Part shown: piece by piece, positions 11,801-19,758 of the stretch
Position numbering within the stretch: position 1 is the first letter of the stretch
How the letters are laid out: every line of letters starts with the position of its first letter
Virus record (IMG/VR): IMGVR_UViG_3300009537_002640
Span: 142,496-206,495 of that record
Length of the DNA stretch: 64,000 bases
Strand: one strand, 5' to 3'
Position numbers and translations under genes: made by a program
The notes under the pieces: generated by a model
Told to the model about the DNA's origin: nothing
Database searches by the model: none
Seen by the model: only the letters and a program-made list of their open reading frames with translations

Positions 11801-14800
11801 CTCTACCCCGCCAGCAATTAGGGATAGTTGGTCAGCACCAGCACGGCCAAGCCCAGTATCAAGATCTTGTTTATGCGGAGTGATTGTAGGAACGGTGCTT
11901 GTGGCCTCCACATGTCTTATAACAGGACCGCCCGATAATGCAGAAAGTAAACCAAGTCCGGTATTTATTCCGAAAGCCCATGTGCCACCAGATGTAAATC
12001 CAATCGTGTTTGTAGTAACATGATAAATACCAGTATCAGTATCAGAGGCAAAAGTAAATCCTGGTTCTGATACTGACCCCGGCGAGACGGTTATTTGTCC
12101 GGCTACTTCCAAAAGCGTAGACGGAGATGTAGTTCCGATACCCAATCGATTATTTGTTCTGTCAAAGAATAAATCATTGTCCCCAGCTATTGAGTTGGCA
12201 CTAGTAAAGAATGCTACATATCCATCAGCGCCTTCAGACGCTGTAATGCTGCCACTACCATACCCATCAAGAGCCTGTGTGATAACTTGTAGCGTTTCAG
12301 ATAAGTCGTTATTTAATATTGCACCGCCGATGCTTAAATCACCGCCAACACTAGCATCATACAGGAGATTGATATCTGTAGTCCCATCCGCAACTGTTAA
12401 AAGAAGCGTGTCTGTACCACCACCATCACCATCAGTTGTCCAGAGTTCTAATTCGCTAGATGAAGAGTTATATATCCACCAATATCTTGTGATAAATCCA
12501 GCACCAACATTTTGTCCAATACCAAGTCTTCTATCATCATACGCAACCGAATTGCTAATAAAGGTTATGGTAGTGGCGTTAGCCTGAAAAGCAAGAGAAT
12601 TATGGTGGTAAAATTGCATATTACCACCAGTGTCTTTTATATAGGTGTCTGCTGTTGTATCTAGATTAAGGATAAATCTAGCATTTTCTTGCATTTGTAA
12701 ATTACCATAGGCATCTATAGTTCCACCACCGCTGCCATCACCAGTAATGCGTAGTCCTTCCCAGCCACCAGCTATAAGTGAAAGTTGATCAGTAGCAGCA
12801 GCTCCAATACCGGTATTTGAATCTATCCACATTGGAAGAAGAGTTGGAACAGTACTGCTGGCATTTACTCTTGAAAGAGCTGGTTGGGAACTATTGGAAG
12901 AGCCTAAGTAACTGCCATTTGCAAGCCAGAGAGAAGTTCCAGCAATTGCTATTCTAAGATTATCATCGGATGTTTCATAAAAACCAGTATCTCCATCACC
13001 AAATGCTATTGTTGGCATAGAAGCATTATTTACAGATGGTACTATAAGCCTACTATTTCCATGTACTTGTAAATCACCATAAGCATCTACTGTTGCTCCA
13101 GCTACATCTAAGTCGCCAGTTATTCGTAAACCTTCATAGCCACCAACTATAAGAGATAATTGATCTTGAGTAGGAAACCCACCATGACCAATGCCAGTAT
13201 TGCTATCGAACCTTGATGGTAATAAGGTTGGTGTAGTTGGGCCTGCACCAGTATCAGGAAAACCTGCCGCAGTAGATGTAGACGGACCAGATTGCCCGTT
13301 TGATTGAAATACCCAGCGTCTATTTCCTGCCACTGCTACATCTAGTTCATCATCTACTCTTTCATAGAATCCAGTATCGCCATCACCAAAGGCGATGGTA
13401 GGCATAGTGGCATCATTAATCTGTGAAACTATTAGGCGACCATTGCCTTGTACCTGCAAATCACCATAAGCGTCTATAGTTCCGCCACTATCACCATTTG
13501 GTGTCACATACAATAGATAATTGTTAGCCGCAGCGAGCGCTAAACTCCCCAACCCAGTATTTACTATGCCTTCAGACTGATTATGTGTTAGTAACAAATA
13601 TTCATTAGGGTTAACACTAGTGTCATTATTGCTATGTATAATAACCGTAGGATCTGCAAAAGCTCCATGTCCATGATCGACAGCTGTATTTGCGTGAGTG
13701 GTGAATATCATGCTTTTGGCAGTATCACCAAGTGCCCATACCATTGTTGGTTCTGTTTGCTGAGTAGACCAATCTATGAACACATCATCATCAGAACCAA
13801 ATGTGAAATTAACATTATCTTGGGTTACTGGTCTAGCATAAAACCTAGAGATAGCATCAAAATGTACCTCACCATCGACTTCAAGTGCCCCACCTATAAT
13901 AACACTGCCACTTGTAAGACTATGACTAGAACTTGCGCTGGTTCCTAATTGAAGTGCAACAGCGCTATCTGTGATTAGATTGCCATTGAAATCCAGGTCG
14001 GTTGTTCCATCTGTCACTGATAGTAGAAGGGTATCTGTACCTCCGCCATCTCCATCAGTTGTCCATAGCTCAAATTGGGTTCCACCAGAATTATATTCGA
14101 ACCAATAAACCGGGGCTGCTGATACAATACCTACCCCTAGTGGCATATCATTTGATGTTTTTAAGCCAGTTGTAAATGTTGCTGAATTACCGCCAGCAGC
14201 TTGAAAAACATTAGCGCCATTATGTACAAATTGAAGGGTGGAGCCAGTAGAATGAATATAAGTATCAGAATCATCATTGGAATTAAGTATGAGTCGCTGA
14301 TTATCTCTTAGACTAATATTACCATCGACAATTAGATTATCTTGTATTCCAACACTATTGTGAACAGCTAAATATCCATCAACTATTAAGTCACCATAAA
14401 TATTGGTGACAATTGTGCCACTTTCTGTAATACGTATGCCTTCAACTCCACCCGCAATTAGAGATAAAATATCACCTGTAGTGGTATCTGCACCTAAACC
14501 GGTATCATTATCTAAACTAAAGGCGTAAACAGGGCTAGTCGTTGATGCGGGCTGGTTTCGCATCTGGGGTCCGTTTGAAGTTGTTCCAGAAAATGCATTT
14601 CCTACTATTTTGAATCGTGCGCCACCACCCGTAGCAAAACCAATCTGATCAGCTGAAAGATTAAATATACCAGTATTGGGATCAGATATAAATGCTATAC
14701 CTGGTAACGATTGAGAGCCATCTGCCACTAATAATTGCCCAGGAACTCCTACTTCACCAGTATCAGTAATAGACAGATATTCATCAGCAGCTTGTCGTAT

Positions 14801-17236
14801 TCGCAATGTGCCTTGCGATGTAACGCCAAAGTTCCAATCTCGCAATTCCCCCACATCAGTTTCATCAGGATTGGTTCTGATATGAAGTGAGCCTGGGCCT
14901 AGAAATATGTCTTTCCATCGTAAGTCTTCGGTGCCTAATCCGTAAGCATCGTCTTGCACAGGATTCACATAACCATCAACGAGATTTTCTACTGTATTAG
15001 ATATTAGATATCCATCTACCTCTAGAACCCCAACTATAAGCCTACCCGTTACAAAAGCGTCACCAGAAACAGAAAGTTCATATTCAGGGTTATCGAAACC
15101 TATCCCTATACGACCATTATCTACATATAATGAGCCTTCTGCAACATGTAATCGTGTTGCAGGAGAAGAAGTTCCTAAGCCAAGGCGATTATTCATTCTA
15201 TCCCAATAGAAGTCATTATCACCAGCAAGAGCCCTGGTTCCAGTAAAAAATGCTACATAGCCGTCAGCACTTTCGGTGGCGGTAGTATATCCATCTAGGT
15301 CTTTGGTTATAGTTTGAAGAGATTCGGTTAGGGCGCTGTTTATTAGGTCTCCACCAACACTTAGGTCACCAGCTATATCAACAGAATTATCGAAAAACGA
15401 TTGCCCGCTTACAGCTAAAACATAGGGGGAAATAGTAGCACCACCAATACCCACTCGTTGGAAGTTGTCTATTCTAACTGCCTCGCTGCCACTAGTTATT
15501 AGAGATATTTGGTTGGTAGTGTTAGCACCTATACCAGTTGTGGGATTATTGCGTCTAGGCAATAGGGTGGGATTCGTGCTAGATGCAGCCTCATTTAGTA
15601 TAGAACCACCTGTTGTTGTGGAACTTTGTATATAGCCAGCACCTATTATCCAGCTTTCGGACCCAGCGAATGTTAAGCTTATAAGGTCATCTGATGATTC
15701 ATGTATTCCAGTGTCGCCATCACCAAACACTATCGTTGGCTCATTTACAGCGGTTCCGCCAGGCACCAATATTCTATGACCAATAACCAAATTATTATTG
15801 GCTCGATCAAAGTATAAATCATTGTCTCCACCTATAGTACCGTCACCAGTGAAGAAAGCCACATAACCATCCGCCCCTGCTGATGAAGTTACATATCCAT
15901 CTAGACCTTTAACTATAGTTTGTAATGCATCAGAGTGTTGTGTGTAGTGCTCAGATTCAGTAGACACCAGTCCTTGTAAATCAGACGATAGGGCATAACC
16001 ATCCAGGGCGTCACGGATTTCCTGGCGCTGTTGTGAGCTATCAACCCAACGCTGGTCTTCTACCGTCGATAAAGCATATCCATCTAAATCCTTAGTTATA
16101 GATTCAATTGCACCAGCATGTTGTTGATAATGCTCTTGTTCTGTTTGATAAATACCCTGTAAGCTAAATGCATATCCGTCAGACGCATCGCGCAAATCCT
16201 GCAATTGTTGACTACTATCAGACCACCTTTGGTCCTCAATAGAAGTCAGTGCATACCCATCAAGGTCACTTAATATAGTTTGAATGGCGACTGAAACTTG
16301 AGTATGGTGTTCTTGCTCTGTTTGACCATAGCCATCTAGGTCTTTAAGTATAGTTTGTATGGTCTCAGCAATTTGTTGCTTATGTTCTTCTACAGTTTGA
16401 GCCAATCCAGTGTCCGAAGAGTATCCGTCCAAGTTGGATATAATTGTTTGAATTGCTTCTGAATGCTGAGAATAGTGTTCTTGTTCTGTAGTAACCAATC
16501 CTTGCAGATCAGTATCTAAAGCATAGCCATCTAGAGAGTCTCTAATCTCTTGTAATTGTTGTGATGAATCAATCCATCTTTGATCTTCCACCACAACAGA
16601 CGCATAACCGTCTAGATCTTTACGAATAGTCTGCACTACATCACTGTGTTGTAAATAATGCTCTAATTCTGTTTGCACTTGTCCCTGTAGGTCAGATGCC
16701 AGAGCATAACCATCTAATGCTGTTCGTATATCTTGTAATTGTTGTGAGGAATCAATCCAACGTTGATTCTCTATGGTGAGAATTGCATAACCATCTAAAT
16801 CAGATAAAATGATTTGCAATGCTTGTGAAAATTGTGTGTAATGTTCGCTTACAGTTTGATCTGACGCATAACCATCCAAAGCTCCGGGAGGGATTTCTGC
16901 TGTGCCATAACCATCTAGGTCTTTAAGTATAGTTTGGATTGCGCTAGATAATTGAGAATAGTGTTCACTTTCAGTTTGGTCAGTAGCGTATCCGTCTAAT
17001 GCACCGCCAAAGTCCACATTAGTTTGGGTAATATCCTTAATGGTTCTTATGCCAGTAGAATCTTTGAAGACAATATTTTTGTCTTCATCGACAGTAATGT
17101 ATACCTCGTCGCTACCCAGTCCTAACAGTCCTGCTGGGTTGTCCGTACCAATACCAACATAGCCATCAAGCCTATAAATATCACCCTGACTATTTATGGC
17201 CCATCTGGTAATACCTATAGCAGGAATAGTAGCCAT
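5801..17236 (-). CDS. Giant modular tail-fibre-like protein, 3811 aa
   Basis: 11.4-kb ORF; recurrent GIGTxxP, PTIxFGDGDTGFYExxDD and TNPTLxP..TGIG..DQLSLIAGG.EG.RI fibre repeats; five GADGYVAFFT..GDNDL modules; C-terminal PPRLTTTERDAL..GMVIFNT..WDGTTW motif. Confidence 0.85.
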   Translation of the reverse strand: MATIPAIGITRWAINSQGDIYRLDGYVGIGTDNPAGLLGLGSDEVYITVDEDKNIVFKDSTGIRTIKDITQTNVDFGGALDGYATDQTESEHYSQLSSAIQTILKDLDGYGTAEIPPGALDGYASDQTVSEHYTQFSQALQIILSDLDGYAILTIENQRWIDSSQQLQDIRTALDGYALASDLQGQVQTELEHYLQHSDVVQTIRKDLDGYASVVVEDQRWIDSSQQLQEIRDSLDGYALDTDLQGLVTTEQEHYSQHSEAIQTIISNLDGYSSDTGLAQTVEEHKQQIAETIQTILKDLDGYGQTEQEHHTQVSVAIQTILSDLDGYALTSIEDQRWSDSSQQLQDLRDASDGYAFSLQGIYQTEQEHYQQHAGAIESITKDLDGYALSTVEDQRWVDSSQQRQEIRDALDGYALSSDLQGLVSTESEHYTQHSDALQTIVKGLDGYVTSSAGADGYVAFFTGDGTIGGDNDLYFDRANNNLVIGHRILVPGGTAVNEPTIVFGDGDTGIHESSDDLISLTFAGSESWIIGAGYIQSSTTTGGSILNEAASSTNPTLLPRRNNPTTGIGANTTNQISLITSGSEAVRIDNFQRVGIGGATISPYVLAVSGQSFFDNSVDIAGDLSVGGDLINSALTESLQTITKDLDGYTTATESADGYVAFFTGTRALAGDNDFYWDRMNNRLGLGTSSPATRLHVAEGSLYVDNGRIGIGFDNPEYELSVSGDAFVTGRLIVGVLEVDGYLISNTVENLVDGYVNPVQDDAYGLGTEDLRWKDIFLGPGSLHIRTNPDETDVGELRDWNFGVTSQGTLRIRQAADEYLSITDTGEVGVPGQLLVADGSQSLPGIAFISDPNTGIFNLSADQIGFATGGGARFKIVGNAFSGTTSNGPQMRNQPASTTSPVYAFSLDNDTGLGADTTTGDILSLIAGGVEGIRITESGTIVTNIYGDLIVDGYLAVHNSVGIQDNLIVDGNISLRDNQRLILNSNDDSDTYIHSTGSTLQFVHNGANVFQAAGGNSATFTTGLKTSNDMPLGVGIVSAAPVYWFEYNSGGTQFELWTTDGDGGGTDTLLLSVTDGTTDLDFNGNLITDSAVALQLGTSASSSHSLTSGSVIIGGALEVDGEVHFDAISRFYARPVTQDNVNFTFGSDDDVFIDWSTQQTEPTMVWALGDTAKSMIFTTHANTAVDHGHGAFADPTVIIHSNNDTSVNPNEYLLLTHNQSEGIVNTGLGSLALAAANNYLLYVTPNGDSGGTIDAYGDLQVQGNGRLIVSQINDATMPTIAFGDGDTGFYERVDDELDVAVAGNRRWVFQSNGQSGPSTSTAAGFPDTGAGPTTPTLLPSRFDSNTGIGHGGFPTQDQLSLIVGGYEGLRITGDLDVAGATVDAYGDLQVHGNSRLIVPSVNNASMPTIAFGDGDTGFYETSDDNLRIAIAGTSLWLANGSYLGSSNSSQPALSRVNASSTVPTLLPMWIDSNTGIGAAATDQLSLIAGGWEGLRITGDGSGGGTIDAYGNLQMQENARFILNLDTTADTYIKDTGGNMQFYHHNSLAFQANATTITFISNSVAYDDRRLGIGQNVGAGFITRYWWIYNSSSSELELWTTDGDGGGTDTLLLTVADGTTDINLLYDASVGGDLSIGGAILNNDLSETLQVITQALDGYGSGSITASEGADGYVAFFTSANSIAGDNDLFFDRTNNRLGIGTTSPSTLLEVAGQITVSPGSVSEPGFTFASDTDTGIYHVTTNTIGFTSGGTWAFGINTGLGLLSALSGGPVIRHVEATSTVPTITPHKQDLDTGLGRAGADQLSLIAGGVEGLRISESSGNITVSTDGYLSVGAGLGVIGQTAISGTLTMGNSLDMGSNSIVNVDLLSFDSASTYNIDLDTTDFVFTFNGTEAWRMSGGSFSAFSVGAQLLNETSSSTNPTIIPRKGSFGNGIGGAAGEVAIIVGGGSKIAAYSAAVVISQDTTFSSAGTASLPAINFGDTDTGFYESSDDVLAVSTLGSIRGSWDAGQYTTYVSIQADLTSGPALLRENAAATNPTLVPNKSDSNTGIGSSGADQLSMIAGGVESIRVEDGYVTVNGDTSLVGDSTITGSVYAQQIVLPTLDEPTNPAITFSNGTGIYASGATLRFATNNQAAWSISNSSSIFSAADSGARIQSGFGSTSVVSYGFNNDGDTGMYRATINQLGFVTGGTEAIRITDTQRVGISTNAPDALLHVAGDGYFDGYLMPRTDDMWGLGTPDLRWRDLYLGTDSIHIISTDAETTTGRDYSWKIEKTPGTTQGFLRLYAGSTPVISISPDARRVGFGEDPTVALANHSITTTGAINTASDYRIGTSSVLLRNSGNYVQYGTADVNEELRFRSGGVVNMTLSTTGEVGIGTGSPEAKLHVAGDGYFDGYLMPHTDNMWGLGTPDLRWRDLYLGPESLHIVSTTAEGRPNRTFTWSVTEDGSLCLSDDGVPVAEFNSSTGASFPAGGGGGGGISATEGADGYIAFFTGSDSIAGDNDLFWDRPNNRLGIGTTAPLNKLDVAGGVVIGSGDAGVDTAPTDGLHVEGRLFAGGGGGVATPGYSFHTATGTGMGIPFGSTSLAFSVSGNLKWTIDSSDRWFSSSGVVASAGGSASTPGYSFATASDFDTGMFRAGADILGFAAGGVEAFRITESGGSTDVNFPTGGTASTPTINFGDGDTGFYAALDNVLSLATGGSKIFDFSSIGMENVNTGGPGILNEISSATNPTLVPRRNDTDTGIGSAAANQLSLVAGGVEGIRITESGSATTVTMGASYGGTPSALYDDLTVQGGSNVGITIGSSTTGFGALLFADADSTWSGNIIFDHSTNQLEIGTAGSTRAYVSSTGLHVNTGSRFFVPQINAPSTPTITFGDGDSGFYESADDTIQISLGGFARFTWSGVNYSSTVSGGPSMRGFDATATTPTFNPDALDSGTGIGTAGTSQLSLIANNIEGIRIDATGSPFINVNGDLNVAGAINNDDLSETFQVILQALDGYGGGGGLTAEEGADGYVAFFTSSGTLAGDNDLYFDRVNNNLQLNHRLIFPNTTGVEGFSSPTIGFGSSGNTGFNAFSDTVIGVSISGSNAWSFTSSEFGSAAGGGNLSASSPSDTNASVRTGSGINSGLGAGGSIYNLSAIVDGQEALRFTRNTEGDNSTVDAYGDVNIQGGGRLFVADGTSVLPSISFLSDTDTGIYRIGSNRLGFSTGSGVKAEVDSEGIVLWPDPGVVKALGTRDINIDAGGSVSLIGNSIEGLRITSGSGQPTIDAYGDLQVQGGSRLIVPSVNNEAIPTIAFGDGDTGFFELTDDAVYFSSVGTSRWWASFDDLAAAQSTRGWHMRNEISTATNPVYCFRFDLDTGVGSGAADAISLIAGGVEGLTITETGGATAVNIPGAGSETTPLLNLGDGDTGWWEASDDVLALSTAGSEVMRIDSLGFIAIGHTTTGIWDWSMRKTTVGSVVANIANLDSGSSSHARLDLATSGGDPYISLSGGDLWYVGLDRSLGGEFVIGDSSIPGGNIRMRIGPTGGDAGIAAAPAATWDVQQANDGAYTDIRVYNTNSTAGSDSVFLAEAQSAGGDPKLELSVSATQDWTVGIDNDDSEAFKIGSNATVGTNTHLTIDTSGNIGIGQAPVTGSKLSLPSENDAATPTISFGDGDTGFYETQDDTIGIAALGINAFFINASQISGATSGSGTVMNEAASATNPTLVPAWSDYDTGIGSAGANELSLITAGAEQVNIASDGYTTFSSGISVGGDSGIDGNLDVGNELTVGSVFLPPRLTTTERDALEPIEGMVIFNTSTKKHQGWDGTTWNDFY
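15856..17014 (-). repeat. Protein-level repeat array (EHYxQHSxAIQTIxxDLDGY alternating with EDQRWxDSSQQLQxIRDxLDGY)
   Basis: 15 DGY motifs in about 390 aa at the N-terminus of the giant fibre; repeats are degenerate at DNA level. Confidence 0.85.
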
Positions 17237-17250
17237 GTATATTAAGTCTC

Positions 17251-17772
17251 CTAATCAGTTTCCATTAATTCCTCTTTCTTGTCTTTACGGTCCTTTCCAT
17301 CTATATCGTGATAGTCTAATAAACCATCAACATAATCTTCAGCCTTTGCAGGAGACTCGTCGCGCTTTTTATAATCCACCTGAGACTGAAATGCTTCCAT
17401 TTCTGTTTCTCTATCTAAATATTCTTTTTCCCCTTTATTAGGGTCAACATTGTCAGTGAATTGCTGAAGGAAGTGCACCAGTTCGTGCACCAGATAGTGA
17501 GTAGGATCCTGTCCCTTTTCTACTAGCTTCTTATTAATGTAAATCTTCTTGTCTTTAGTTTTTGCTGATACATCTAAATCAGCAAATTCTACAGGCACAT
17601 CATCTATCTTGGATAGCGGGACATTATACTTGTCAAATTTTTCTTTAACCTCAGGATCAGATTTTATCTTATCTTTCATCTTCTGAACCAGCTTGGTCCA
17701 ATCCGGTCCCGCCCTCTTCGAGATTCTGGTTATTGTCTGGTGTCTCTTCGACAGTTTGCGCATCTTTTTCAC
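17251..17772 (-). CDS. Zincin-like metallopeptidase (HExxH), 173 aa
   Basis: YLVHELVHFLQQ plus downstream ETEMEAF glutamate; GTG start, with an alternative ATG three codons later. Confidence 0.75.
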   Translation of the reverse strand: MKKMRKLSKRHQTITRISKRAGPDWTKLVQKMKDKIKSDPEVKEKFDKYNVPLSKIDDVPVEFADLDVSAKTKDKKIYINKKLVEKGQDPTHYLVHELVHFLQQFTDNVDPNKGEKEYLDRETEMEAFQSQVDYKKRDESPAKAEDYVDGLLDYHDIDGKDRKDKKEELMETD

Positions 17773-17932
17773 CCATCAAGTATAGTTGTCTGCTTTGCTC
17801 TAAGCTAGCTATTCGAGATTGGGCTGCCGCAACTGCTGTCTTTAATCCCAAAATCTCTAACTCTAATTCATCCATTGTTTCTGGTTGGCGATAACCTACA
17901 TATTCTACAAAAACTTTCTCTGGCTTTCTCAT
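17669..17932 (-). CDS. Hypothetical coiled-coil protein, 87 aa (overlaps next gene by 104 nt)
   Basis: GGAG RBS before the ATG; heptad-like central helix; acidic tail. Confidence 0.55.
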   Translation of the reverse strand: MRKPEKVFVEYVGYRQPETMDELELEILGLKTAVAAAQSRIASLEQSRQLYLMGEKDAQTVEETPDNNQNLEEGGTGLDQAGSEDER

Positions 17933-17942
17933 TACTTACTCC

Positions 17943-18407
17943 TTATTCGCCAAGAAAAAACTTGGCTAAAACTAGACCTAACGCCAATAAGCCCGGAACT
18001 ATAGTTGCCACAAGCTTTAAGAACCCAAGAGTTTTTTCTCTCTTAAATTCAGCTTCGGTCTTCTTATCCTGATTTACTAGATTTTTTACACCACTAACTC
18101 TTTCGTGTAGTGATTTTTCCATCTCTTTATCGTCTTTAGTATGTTCCTCTAACTCTTTCTCCAAGTCAGATAGGTCTTTCTCCAATAATGCTAGTCGAGT
18201 GATAATAGATTTTTCTCCATTACCATCTCTAACTACGTGAGACAAATACTGAACTTTTTCCTCTATGCCATCCAGCTTTCCTTTGAGCACAGCCATAGCT
18301 GTAGCATTCTCTCGCAATTCTCCCAGCAACGTTTGCACTAATGACGTAGTGGCCTGTAAGCTTTTTGCAAGATCTTCAGCGAGCGCATTATTCTCCGAGG
18401 TGCTCAT
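17943..18407 (-). CDS. Coiled-coil protein with C-terminal transmembrane helix (XhlA/holin-like architecture), 154 aa
   Basis: Long heptad region, then hydrophobic FLKLVATIVPGLLALGLVLAKFFL. Confidence 0.6.
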   Translation of the reverse strand: MSTSENNALAEDLAKSLQATTSLVQTLLGELRENATAMAVLKGKLDGIEEKVQYLSHVVRDGNGEKSIITRLALLEKDLSDLEKELEEHTKDDKEMEKSLHERVSGVKNLVNQDKKTEAEFKREKTLGFLKLVATIVPGLLALGLVLAKFFLGE

Positions 18408-18582
18408 GTAATTCTCCAGCCCTCTTAGCCATTTCCTTACAGTGTTCCTTGTTCTCCTTTAGTTTGGAAAGGGTGCCGTTACCTAATTCATGGGTAAGCT
18501 CTTTAAGATACTCTATTAGTTCTGCCAAGGTCTTATCTTTGGTATTTTCGCTAAGTAGTTCATCAAGTGATTTGTTGCTCAT
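18388..18582 (-). CDS. Small hypothetical helical protein, about 64 aa
   Basis: Start refined to ATG at 18582, coupled (TAATG) to the stop of the upstream 77-aa ORF. Confidence 0.5.
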   Translation of the reverse strand: MSNKSLDELLSENTKDKTLAELIEYLKELTHELGNGTLSKLKENKEHCKEMAKRAGELHEHLGE

Positions 18583-18815
18583 TATGCCTGTGCTCCTATT
18601 ACGCCCCAATCACCCCCGCTAGCTGAAACATAAACGATAGACGTTGGTCCTATTTTGATACTGTATAATCCAGGCGGTACCGGCACAAAATTAACCCCAT
18701 CTAAGCTAAAGGCAAATGTGACGCCGGAATCTACCCCAATATTAAGTTGTCCGATGGGACGGTCAAACTCAAGAGTAGCATCGGTTGTTCCTGAAAAAGA
18801 TGTATTGGCTGCCAT
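18582..18815 (-). CDS. Small beta-rich hypothetical protein, 77 aa
   Basis: GGAG RBS; intact ORF. Confidence 0.55.
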   Translation of the reverse strand: MAANTSFSGTTDATLEFDRPIGQLNIGVDSGVTFAFSLDGVNFVPVPPGLYSIKIGPTSIVYVSASGGDWGVIGAQA

Positions 18816-18825
18816 TGGTTTCTCC

Positions 18826-19731
18826 TTAGATAATTTGCCGTTGTCTCAGATGGCGTAGTCTTAAGAAATTAGGACTCACGGCGGTAACCCTAAATGTTCC
18901 CAATCCTAATGGCCCAGGCTTCATATTTACCTTAATGAACTTAAGCTTTTCTCTGTAAGCCTGCATCTGGGTACTAAATTGACTATTAAGAAGTTCAGAT
19001 ACTTGCGGTGGTTGGTAACTCACCCCATTATCTGTAATAGTAAACTCGCGGCCCCGTTCAATAAGGGCTTGTGCTGCGAGTGCTAAAATTAACGCCCCCT
19101 GAATCAGTATGTCCATAAATTGGTTAACAAACATATCATCAGCGAACGTAAAATGTGTAAAGTGCGGGGTTTGGTTAAATTCAGACAGGCTGTTTATCAA
19201 AAAACAGATAAGCTCGTTGTTGCTAAAAATAGGACAATCAACAAGCTCATATCCACCGGCTCCATCAGGAACCTTAACTTTGCCATCACTTTTTAATCTC
19301 TTTTTAAGAACAGCAAGAAGTTTGTTTATATTACACACTTCTGCCTTACTGAAAATGAAATCATATTCATCTCCTGGCTCGTGGTCAGGAGCATCTGCTT
19401 GTTCCATAGAGCCAGAGGACAATACCAAAAACTCGAATTCATGTTCGACTTCTTCGTTGCCTATTAACGCAACCCACCTGTCTGCCCAGTAACCATCTGG
19501 CGCAGTTAGGGGAACTTCATACGAAAAATGATACAACCCTGGATCGTCGGCAAGAGATATGCCGATATTTGTAAGTGCCTGTCTAACTGTGCCAGTCGAA
19601 TCTCGAATCTCAACCCTGGGAATATTGTCAGCATTAACTGGCTCGCCCAATTGGTTTAAGAATCTAACGTATAGGTCTACTACCTGCCCTCGTAATGCGA
19701 TACGACTGATAGGTTTGATATCCGTTGACAA
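18826..19731 (-). CDS. Putative head-tail adaptor/neck protein with N-terminal Ig-like domain, 301 aa
   Basis: TTG start with GGAGG RBS; C-terminal helical domain (PIFSNNELICFL...EFTITDNGVSYQPP...) resembling large-phage neck adaptors. Confidence 0.55.
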   Translation of the reverse strand: MSTDIKPISRIALRGQVVDLYVRFLNQLGEPVNADNIPRVEIRDSTGTVRQALTNIGISLADDPGLYHFSYEVPLTAPDGYWADRWVALIGNEEVEHEFEFLVLSSGSMEQADAPDHEPGDEYDFIFSKAEVCNINKLLAVLKKRLKSDGKVKVPDGAGGYELVDCPIFSNNELICFLINSLSEFNQTPHFTHFTFADDMFVNQFMDILIQGALILALAAQALIERGREFTITDNGVSYQPPQVSELLNSQFSTQMQAYREKLKFIKVNMKPGPLGLGTFRVTAVSPNFLRLRHLRQRQII

Positions 19732-19758
19732 GAAAATCCTCCAGGATTAAAGTACTCA

